This document shows positions 25,753 through 31,812 of a stretch of DNA of 38,309 bases, piece by piece. A program made the position numbers and the translations under genes. The number at the start of each line of letters is the position of its first letter. Position 1 is the first letter of the stretch. The DNA is taken from assembly GCA_964600865.1 (NCBI GenBank), contig CAZRJP010000004.1:1-38309 (forward strand), in the 5' to 3' direction. Source of the DNA: Candidatus Woesearchaeota archaeon. GTDB lineage: Archaea; Nanobdellota; Nanobdellia; Pacearchaeales; GW2011-AR1. A model generated the notes under the pieces. The model was not told where the DNA came from and ran no database searches. It saw nothing but the letters and a program-made list of their open reading frames with translations.

Positions 25753-27153
25753 ATGAAAAAACCTAAGAAAGGAGAAGTTAGAAAACCAACTAAAACAATA
25801 TCAGGAATTACTCCAGTAGCAGTTATGCTTCCTCCTAGAAAGTGTGAACATGGTTGTTGTGTTTATTGTCCTAATTTAGATGTTCCTCAATCTTATACTC
25901 CAAAAAGTCCGGTGGTATTAAGAGCTTCAAAAGTTGGTTTTGATAGTTTTAAACAAGTTAAAGGTAGAATAAATGCATTTAAGGCGATGAATCATCCCAC
26001 AGAAAAAATAGAGTTAATTATTATGGGAGGAACATTTTTAGAGTATTCTAAGGAGTTTCAATATAAATTTGTTAAGGGTTGCTATGATGCTATGAATGGT
26101 AAAAAATCTAAGAATTTAGAAGAAGCAAAAAAGTTTAATGAAAGTGCAAAACATAGATGTGTTGCCTTATGTATTGAAACAAGGCCAGATAAATGTATGC
26201 AGTTTATTGATAGAATGAGGGAATTTGGATGTACTAGGGTTGAATTAGGTGTTCAGATTATTGATGATGAGATTTATAAAAAGGTTAAGAGAGGTCATAC
26301 TGTAAAAGATGTTATAAATACTACTAGAGAATTGAAAAATGCTGGATTTAAAGTAGGATATCATATTATGCCTGGATTGCCAGGAAGTAATTTTAAGAAA
26401 GATTTGAAATTATTTAAGAAGATTTTTTCTGATGAGAGATTTAAACCAGACCAACTTAAATTATATCCTTGTCAGGTTATGCCTAATAGTGAATTAGAAG
26501 AGTGGTATTTTAATGGAAAGTATAAACCATATCCTAAAGAAAAAATTCAAAAATTATTACTTAAAATGCTTAAGAATGTTCCAAGATATTGTAGAGTTAT
26601 GAGGGTTATGAGAGAAATACCTCCTGAGTTTATGACCGCTGGAACTAAGAGAATTGATTTAAGAAATGAAATTGAAAAGGAATTAAGAGAAAAAAATGCT
26701 AATCTTAAAGAGATTAGATATAGAGAAATAGGATTCGCTTTAAGGCATAAGAAAAAAGAAGATATTAATCAGGATTTAAGGTTAAAAATTACAAAGTATG
26801 ATTCTTCTAATGGAAGAGAGTATTTTTTAGAAATTGTTAATAAAAATAATATTTTATTTGGTTTGTTGAGATTAAGAATTTTTGGAGAAGGAGATGATAG
26901 GAGTGCTATTATTCGTGAAGTGCATGTTTATGGAAAGGTATTAAATATAGGAAAAAAATCTGAAAAAGAGATAATTGCACAGCATAAAGGTTTAGGAAAG
27001 CAGTTAATTGGTAAGGCAGAGAGTATTATGAAGGAAGAAAAAATAGGTAAATTAAAAGTAATTTCTGGTGTTGGAGTTAGAGAGTATTATAAGAAACTTG
27101 GATATAAGCTTGAAAGTGAAGAAAAAGGAGAGTATATGGTTAAAAGCATATAA
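25753..27153 (+). CDS. elp3: Elp3-type radical SAM + GNAT tRNA U34 modification enzyme
   Basis: RKPTKTISGITPVAVMLPPRKCEHGCCVYCP (radical-SAM cluster Cys). ALCIETRPD, VELGVQ. C-terminal GNAT region ...REVHVYGKV...QHKGLGKQLI... Confidence 0.88.
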   Translation: MKKPKKGEVRKPTKTISGITPVAVMLPPRKCEHGCCVYCPNLDVPQSYTPKSPVVLRASKVGFDSFKQVKGRINAFKAMNHPTEKIELIIMGGTFLEYSKEFQYKFVKGCYDAMNGKKSKNLEEAKKFNESAKHRCVALCIETRPDKCMQFIDRMREFGCTRVELGVQIIDDEIYKKVKRGHTVKDVINTTRELKNAGFKVGYHIMPGLPGSNFKKDLKLFKKIFSDERFKPDQLKLYPCQVMPNSELEEWYFNGKYKPYPKEKIQKLLLKMLKNVPRYCRVMRVMREIPPEFMTAGTKRIDLRNEIEKELREKNANLKEIRYREIGFALRHKKKEDINQDLRLKITKYDSSNGREYFLEIVNKNNILFGLLRLRIFGEGDDRSAIIREVHVYGKVLNIGKKSEKEIIAQHKGLGKQLIGKAESIMKEEKIGKLKVISGVGVREYYKKLGYKLESEEKGEYMVKSI

Positions 27154-27190
27154 TTGAATATATATTTTTAATTATAATTAAAAAGTAAGA

Positions 27191-27211
27191 GTTTCTATTG
27201 AGAATAGAAAC
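27191..27211 (+). terminator. Perfect 9-bp-stem hairpin downstream of elp3
   Basis: GTTTCTATT-GAG-AATAGAAAC, 38 nt after the elp3 stop. Its function (terminator or recombination site) is not established. Confidence 0.35.
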
Positions 27212-27244
27212 TTCTTCCATTAGTAATAGAAAGATTTGTATGTT

Positions 27245-27406
27245 TTATTTTATATGTAGTCTATTGTGGGACAAATAGGAGGATGTTTCGTTTCCCTTTA
27301 AATTACTTATCATTTCTCTTGTTGTTGCTGTTTTTAATTTATAATTATTATAGAGGTTGAATATATTTGTTAGGATGTGCCCTATTTCAGTCAGGGCACT
27401 TACCAT
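27245..27406 (-). CDS. Boundary module A: short (53 aa) HTH-like ORF
   Basis: MVSALTEIGHILTNIFNLYNNYKLKTATTREMISNLKGNETSSYLSHNRLHIK. Nt 27257-27349 are ~98% identical to 29591-29684 (one substitution, one 1-nt indel). A 7-bp-stem hairpin GTGCCCT-N9-AGGGCAC lies at 27377-27399. Confidence 0.45.
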   Translation of the reverse strand: MVSALTEIGHILTNIFNLYNNYKLKTATTREMISNLKGNETSSYLSHNRLHIK

Positions 27407-27464
27407 TCTAGCGAGAATTGAGTAAGACCAATAATTTTTTAATCTTGCTTTTCTTTTAACTAAT

Positions 27465-27674
27465 ATGAAAATAGTGTTTACCAAACATGCTGAAAATAGA
27501 CTAGAGAAAAGAAAAATTACAAAAAGAGAAGTTAGAGATTCAATTAAGCAGGCTGATAAGACCGAGAAGAAAGATAATAAATATTATATTAGAAAGAATA
27601 TTGGAAGAGGTAAAATAGAGATTGTTTACGAAAAGGATAAATATATAAAAGTTATTACAGTTTATTGGATATAG
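27465..27674 (+). CDS. DUF4258-like small toxin
   Basis: KIVFTKHAENRLEKRKITKREVRDSIKQ...GRGKIEIVYEKDKYIKVITVYW. Paired with a DUF2283 gene. Confidence 0.7.
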   Translation: MKIVFTKHAENRLEKRKITKREVRDSIKQADKTEKKDNKYYIRKNIGRGKIEIVYEKDKYIKVITVYWI

Positions 27675-27732
27675 ATAACGTAAACTAAATTTTCAATAAT
27701 TAAAATTATAAAAAATATAAAGTCCAGGTAAA

Positions 27733-27942
27733 ATGAAAATAGAATTTGATAAAGAAGCTGATGCACTGTATATAGAATTTTCTAGTAAAGAATTTGCTAA
27801 AAATAAAAAGATAGATGACTCGACAATTATTGACTTGGATAAAGAAGGAAACATAATTGGCATTGAGCTATTAAATGTGAGTGAAAAACTGCCTAAAGAA
27901 GCTCTTTCTGATATTAATGTTAAAAACCTGATGACTGCTTGA
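27733..27942 (+). CDS. DUF2283-family protein (putative antitoxin partner)
   Basis: MKIEFDKEADALYIEF...STIIDLDKEGNIIGIELLNVSE is the canonical DUF2283 pattern. Confidence 0.78.
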   Translation: MKIEFDKEADALYIEFSSKEFAKNKKIDDSTIIDLDKEGNIIGIELLNVSEKLPKEALSDINVKNLMTA

Positions 27943-28137
27943 GTAAAGTATATTGCAACAAAACAACAAGTGCGCTCTTTTCATACAGACAGAAAGTACT
28001 CAGTTTAGAAAAATCTTTGATTAATCTATATCTAAAACTCTCTCATAATTATTATAACTCTGATTAGCGACTTCTTCTCTTTCTCTATCTTTAAACCTTC
28101 GCTATCTTAATGCCATTTTCTTGTTTTTTATGCTATT

Positions 28138-28302
28138 TTAAATCAGCCCTCTTATTATTTCCTCAGTTCCAGAAACCAATAAATGTTTGACTTTATCTTT
28201 TTTTTCAAACTTTTTTGTGTTTAATTTATTCAGCATTTCAACTATTGTTTTTCCTTTTAATTTATAATTATATTTAGTATGTGGGTTAGTAATTGTGATA
28301 AT
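28138..28302 (-). pseudogene. Boundary module B: diverged paralogue of modules A, C and D without a start codon
   Basis: Open frame IITITNPHTKYNYKLKGKTIVEMLNKLNTKKFEKKDKVKHLLVSGTEEIIRGLI*. An upstream in-frame TAA lies at 28303-28305. There is no ATG, GTG or TTG before EML. Confidence 0.4.
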
Positions 28303-28315
28303 TTATATTGCTATT

Positions 28316-28427
28316 TGTTATGATATATAACATAAATGTTATTATTTAGGTTTTTTGTTATACTATAAAAACCATTATATATGTTATAAAACATAACAGA
28401 AAACCTTAAAAACTATGTTTTTGTTAT
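28316..28427. promoter_or_regulatory. TGTTAT/ATAACA hexamer array upstream of the HEPN gene
   Basis: TGTTAT at 28316, 28337, 28356, 28382 and 28422. ATAACA at 28327 and 28393. Includes the palindromes GTTATGATATATAAC and TGTTATAAAACATAACA. Confidence 0.4.
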
Positions 28428-28455
28428 TTAATATGGATAGAGAAGAGTATAAAAA

Positions 28456-28824
28456 ATGACAGAAGAGAATAAAGATAAAAATCAGGAAATGAAAGAGATT
28501 TTAAGAGAGAATGTTAATGAATATTACAGAAACGGTAGTAATGCCCACAAGAGAGGAGAATACAATAGTTCTGTTACATTATTTTTCAAAGCTATATCTG
28601 GCTTGTGTGACTTATTCTTGTTAGATAAAGAGGGTAAAATTCCTAGTAGCCATTTAGAAAGGTTTAGAATATTAGAATCTAGTTATCCGAAGATATATAG
28701 GATCATAGATAAGGACTTTCCTTTTTACCAAAGTAGTTACTATTCAAAATTAAATAAAGAAACTTCCGAGTTGTTGAAAGAAGATGCCCAAAGACTATCT
28801 AAAATTATTGGAATCGAAATGTAA
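28456..28824 (+). CDS. HEPN-domain protein
   Basis: NAHKRGEYNSSVTLFFKAISGLCDLFLLDKEGKIPSSHLERFRIL fits the HEPN helix pattern (A...g.y..a...ay.A.e.alKa.l...g......H). Adjacent to a nucleotidyltransferase gene. Confidence 0.55.
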   Translation: MTEENKDKNQEMKEILRENVNEYYRNGSNAHKRGEYNSSVTLFFKAISGLCDLFLLDKEGKIPSSHLERFRILESSYPKIYRIIDKDFPFYQSSYYSKLNKETSELLKEDAQRLSKIIGIEM

Positions 28825-29362
28825 GAAATTTGCAGAACAAAATAACTTGTTTGATGTTGTTTTATACGGCTCATCAGTTAAAGGAAAAGAAAAACCTAGA
28901 GATATCGACCTTCTATTGATATTTGAAAATGAAAAACTAAAAAAGAGGGCAGAGAAAGGTCAGGAATTGAAAGAAGGATTGAAGAATAAAAAAATATCTA
29001 AAATTGATGTCAAGACAATAAACTTGAAGGAGATATTTGAAAAAGAGTTTTTAGCAAGGCAGGGTGTTTTGAGTGAAGGATATAGTTTGATTGATGATGA
29101 TTATTTCTCAAGGAAAATAGGATTTAAGGGAAATATGTTATTTAGTTATCGACTTAGTAAATTAAATCATAATGAAAAGACTAAGTTTACCTATGCTTTA
29201 AGTGGAAGGAATAGTGAAGGCATGTTAAATAAGGTAGGGGGAGAATCAGTAGGAAGAGGGGCAGTATTAATCCCTATAAAAAATAGCATTAAATTTAAGA
29301 ATTTCCTAGATAAATGGAATGTTGATTACGAACAAAAAACTTTACTAGTTTCCATAATATGA
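28784..29362 (+). CDS. Minimal nucleotidyltransferase (MNT-like) with a ~90-aa C-terminal extension
   Basis: FDVVLYGSSVKGKEKPRDIDLLLIF contains GS-x9-DxD. Overlaps the HEPN gene by 41 nt. Confidence 0.75.
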   Translation: MPKDYLKLLESKCKKFAEQNNLFDVVLYGSSVKGKEKPRDIDLLLIFENEKLKKRAEKGQELKEGLKNKKISKIDVKTINLKEIFEKEFLARQGVLSEGYSLIDDDYFSRKIGFKGNMLFSYRLSKLNHNEKTKFTYALSGRNSEGMLNKVGGESVGRGAVLIPIKNSIKFKNFLDKWNVDYEQKTLLVSII

Positions 29363-29544
29363 TATCTAAAAAAAGAATAAAGGAAGAAGCTGGAAAGAAG
29401 GGTAAAAAGATTGGAAAGAAATCCATAAAAGAGATTGAAAATATATTAAGACAGGAGCTTGGAGATATTATAAGAATGGCTAGCGATAGAGCAGATTTTT
29501 CAGGAAGAAAAACTATTAAGAAAGAAGATATAGATTATGATTAA
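29359..29544 (+). CDS. Short archaeal histone-fold protein (HMf-like, 61 aa)
   Basis: RIKEEAGKKGKKIGKKSIKEIENILRQELGDIIRMASDRADFSGRKTIKKEDIDY. Compare HMfB ...RIIKDAGAERVSDDA...[30 protein letters not shown]. ATGA overlap with the MNT gene. Confidence 0.65.
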   Translation: MISKKRIKEEAGKKGKKIGKKSIKEIENILRQELGDIIRMASDRADFSGRKTIKKEDIDYD

Positions 29545-29563
29545 TTTCATACTCCTCTCAATG

Positions 29564-29712
29564 CTAAAATAGTAAGCACCCTGACCGAGCTAGTCTATTG
29601 TGGGACAAATAGGAGGATGTTTCGTTTTCCCTTTAAATTACTTATCATTTCTCTTTTTGTTGCTGTTTTTAATTTATAATTATTGTCGAGGTTTAGCATA
29701 TGGGTTAGGTGA
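29564..29712 (-). pseudogene. Boundary module C: frameshifted copy of module A
   Basis: GHLTHMLNLDNNYKLKTATKREMISNLKG, then an extra T (CGTTTTCCC versus CGTTTCCC in A) shifts the frame. In the repaired frame it would end ...SHNRLARSGCLLF* at 29564. Confidence 0.5.
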
Positions 29713-29748
29713 CCACAAAATAAAAAGATATTTAAATCGTGGTCACCT
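29707..29748. promoter_or_regulatory. Perfect 10-bp-stem hairpin AGGTGACCAC-N22-GTGGTCACCT upstream of the Fic gene
   Basis: Arms at 29707-29716 and 29739-29748. Each arm contains a GGTSACC palindrome. Confidence 0.6.
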
Positions 29749-29760
29749 ATTATTTTTAGT

Positions 29761-30685
29761 ATGTTTATAGAAAAAAGAAAAACCAAGACAGGAATAAAAT
29801 ACTATCTGACCCATTCTTATAGAAAGAAAGGCAAGGTAAAGAAAATTAGGAAGTATTTAGGCAAAGACCTCTCTAAAAAAGAATTAAAAAAAGAGAGGGA
29901 GGAAGCCAAAAAAGAATTAAAAAAAGAGATCAAGCAGATTAGAATAGAGATATTTAATTTTACTCTTAAATCTGAAGAGGTAGATAAACTAAATAATCTT
30001 TCTGAAGTCGAAATCAAACATTTGGATAAATCAGACTGGAAAAAGTTTGAAGAGGATTTTGTTTATAATACAAATGCTATTGAAGGCTCGACAGTTAGAT
30101 TAGATGAAGTTAAAACTATTCTCCAGAAAAAACCAAAAACTACAGACCCAGAAGAAAAAGAAACTATTAATGTTTTAGAAGCCATAGAATTTATTAAAAA
30201 TAATCAAGACAGAGATTTGTCCTTAGGATTAATAAAAAAACTTCATCAAATTTGCTTTAAAGGGTCTAAGTCTTTCGCAGGTCGACTAAGAGATAAAGAA
30301 GTTGTTATCAGAAATGCAAAAGGAGAAATAATCCACAGAGGAGTTCCTTCAGAGGAAGTTAAAGATTATTTGAAAGAAATGATTGAGTGGTATAAAGAAA
30401 ATAAAGATAAGTTTAAGCTAATTGTTTTAGCTGCTTTAATCCATAACCAATTTGAACATATCCATCCTTTTGAAGATGGTAATGGTAGAGTTGGGAGGCT
30501 ATTATTAAATTTTGTATTGTTGAAGAATGATTATCCCCCGATTAATATATCTTGAAGATAGGAAAGAATATTATGACTGTTTAAAACAGTATTCTGATAA
30601 ACACAAGGTAGAACCAACTGTAAGATTTTTGGTTAAGCAGTATAAAAAGACATTAAAAAAGGAGACCACAGATTCAGGAAAATAG
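29761..30685 (+). pseudogene. Fic-domain protein (class with N-terminal inhibitory TxxxEG motif), interrupted by a frameshift at ~30548-30555
   Basis: Fic motif HIHPFEDGNGRVGRLL (30457-30498). Inhibitory-helix-like TNAIEG. The ORF stops at TGA 30553-30555, but the +1 frame continues YLEDRKEYYDCLKQYSDKHKVEPTVRFLVKQYKKTLKKETTDSGK* to 30685, which is the expected Fic C-terminus. Confidence 0.75.
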
Positions 30686-30700
30686 ATTTTTGTGGTCACC
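30661..30700. promoter_or_regulatory. Second GGWGACCACA-N20-TGTGGTCACC hairpin at the 3' end of the Fic gene
   Basis: 9 of 10 positions pair. GTGGTCACCTATT (30692-30704) repeats 29739-29751 exactly. Confidence 0.6.
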
Positions 30701-30852
30701 TATTCAGCGCCCTGATTGATTAACCTATCTTTATGGGTCAAATCAGGAGATGTTTCCTTGCCTTTTAATTTCTTTAGCATCTCTCTTGTTGTGGCTCTTT
30801 TTAATTTATAAATATTGTCAGAGTTAGTGGATATGGTATAAAATTTTTTCAA
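30700..30852 (-). CDS. Boundary module D: HTH-like ORF (50 aa, TTG start) immediately downstream of mazF
   Basis: LKKFYTISTNSDNIYKLKRATTREMLKKLKGKETSPDLTHKDRLINQGAE*. It differs from module A largely by synonymous or conservative changes (GCA/GCC, GAA/GAG, GGA/GGC, TCC/TCT, CAC/CAT). Confidence 0.4.
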   Translation of the reverse strand: MKKFYTISTNSDNIYKLKRATTREMLKKLKGKETSPDLTHKDRLINQGAE

Positions 30853-30859
30853 TAAAATG

Positions 30860-31213
30860 TTATCCTAAATCTAAACTAATTTTAATAGCCAAATCTATTT
30901 CTTTCATAATCTCATTATCTAGGGGAGAAATTTTTTTAATAATTCTTTTCTTATCTATGACCTTTATTTGATTAAGTAAAACTGTTGAATCTTTATCAAG
31001 TTTTGAATCTTTTTTGTCAAGAAACACATTTGTTGGGTATTCTTTACTAAATTTTTTTGAAGTAATTGGGGCAATTATGGTGGTTGGGCTATATTTATTT
31101 CCTAAATCATTTTGTATAATAACTGAAGGTCTTACTCCTCCTTGTTCACTACCTTTTATAGGTTCTAGATTTACAAGTACAATATCCCCTCTTTTTATTT
31201 TTACCATTTCCAA
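30860..31213 (-). CDS. mazF: MazF/PemK-family endoribonuclease toxin
   Basis: IKRGDIVLVNLEPIKGSEQGGVRPSVIIQNDLGNKYSPTTIIAPITS is the canonical MazF signature. Confidence 0.88.
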   Translation of the reverse strand: MEMVKIKRGDIVLVNLEPIKGSEQGGVRPSVIIQNDLGNKYSPTTIIAPITSKKFSKEYPTNVFLDKKDSKLDKDSTVLLNQIKVIDKKRIIKKISPLDNEIMKEIDLAIKISLDLG

Positions 31214-31431
31214 TCAAAATCCTCTTCTATAGCTTCGAACTCTTTGGTAATTTTAATGCTTTTTTCTGCCATTTTTTTATAGCCTTCTATTATTAACTCT
31301 TTTTTTTGCCTTCTTTGCTTCTCTAATTGGTCCATCATTTTAACTATTGTTTCTTCATATGTTTCTTTTTTAGATTTTAATCTGTCTAAGGCATTCTTTA
31401 CATTTTTGTTAAGTTGAATTGTGGTAACCAT
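31201..31431 (-). CDS. Antitoxin for MazF (same N-terminal module family as 23962..24189 and 24793..25050)
   Basis: TTIQLNKNVKNALDRLKSKKETYEETIVKMMDQL. 13-nt overlap with mazF. Confidence 0.72.
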   Translation of the reverse strand: MVTTIQLNKNVKNALDRLKSKKETYEETIVKMMDQLEKQRRQKKELIIEGYKKMAEKSIKITKEFEAIEEDFDWKW

Positions 31432-31505
31432 CTTGTCACTATAGATAAACTATAGTTTATAAATATTTTGATTTTAATTTTCAACTATATCATGAAAAAT
31501 TAGAA

Positions 31506-31578
31506 CGCCCCCGCCGAGATTCGAACTCGGGTCACTGCCTTGAAAGGGCAGCATACTTGGCCTCTGTACTACGGGGGC
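31506..31578 (-). tRNA. tRNA-Glu (anticodon UUC), 73 nt, no encoded CCA
   Basis: Minus strand: GCCCCCG-TA-GTAC-AGAGGCCAA-GTAT-G-CTGCC-CTTTCAA-GGCAG-TGAC-CCGAG-TTCGAAT-CTCGG-CGGGGGC-G. All stems pair and the T-loop is TTCGAAT. Confidence 0.9.
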
Positions 31579-31647
31579 ATATAGAAAATAAATGTCCAAT
31601 TAGTTTTTAAACCTAATGTTTATAAAATATAATCTCCCATTTTAGGT

Positions 31648-31800
31648 ATGCCAAAGAAATTTGATAGATGTGTTGAGAAGGTTAGTAAGAAGATAAAAAA
31701 AGGTGAGGTTAAAAAGACCTATAAGGACAAGAAAACAGGTAAGAGAAAGAAGTCAAATGCATATGCAATATGCAGAGCTAAATCTAAAAATAAAAAATAA
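31648..31800 (+). CDS. Small basic protein (50 aa), absent from the ORF track
   Basis: MPKKFDRCVEKVSKKIKKGEVKKTYKDKKTGKRKKSNAYAICRAKSKNKK*. The ...NAYAICRA... motif recalls small basic proteins seen in phage and archaeal genomes; the family is not verified. Confidence 0.5.
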   Translation: MPKKFDRCVEKVSKKIKKGEVKKTYKDKKTGKRKKSNAYAICRAKSKNKK

Positions 31801-31812
31801 AAAAAGAAAGAA

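Larger units (their letters stand above)
27245..31431. mobile_element. Candidate toxin/defence cassette island abutting the 3' side of tRNA-Glu
   Basis: Four cargo modules are separated by paralogous boundary modules A-D and hairpins. The island lies directly downstream of the 3' end of tRNA-Glu. No integrase is visible. Confidence 0.4.

Noticed and set aside
27245-27484. 79-aa version of module A starting at the TTG at 27484
   Set aside because: It uses a TTG start and overlaps the start of the DUF4258 gene. ATG at 27406 gives a 53-aa ORF colinear with modules C and D.
28100-28137. Short minus-strand ORF remnants (MALR* then RRFKDREREEVANQSYNNYERVLDID*) between the DUF2283 gene and module B
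   Set aside because: They are interrupted by an in-frame TAG and carry no recognisable motif. They may be a decayed gene, but this cannot be supported.
27245-30857. Reading modules A-D as C-terminal fragments of a tyrosine recombinase (HxLRH ... LLGH ... Y spacing)
   Set aside because: The spacing of H-I-L-T-N ... L-K-G-N ... Y-L-S-H in module A is superficially similar. However, the catalytic Arg and His positions are substituted, and the Tyr is absent in module D. A helix-turn-helix reading fits all four copies better. This remains unresolved without a profile search.
31236-31244. TTCGAACTC inside the mazF-antitoxin gene as a duplicated tRNA-Glu T-arm (att site)
   Set aside because: This is a 9-nt match inside an intact CDS with no extension of similarity, so it is most likely chance.
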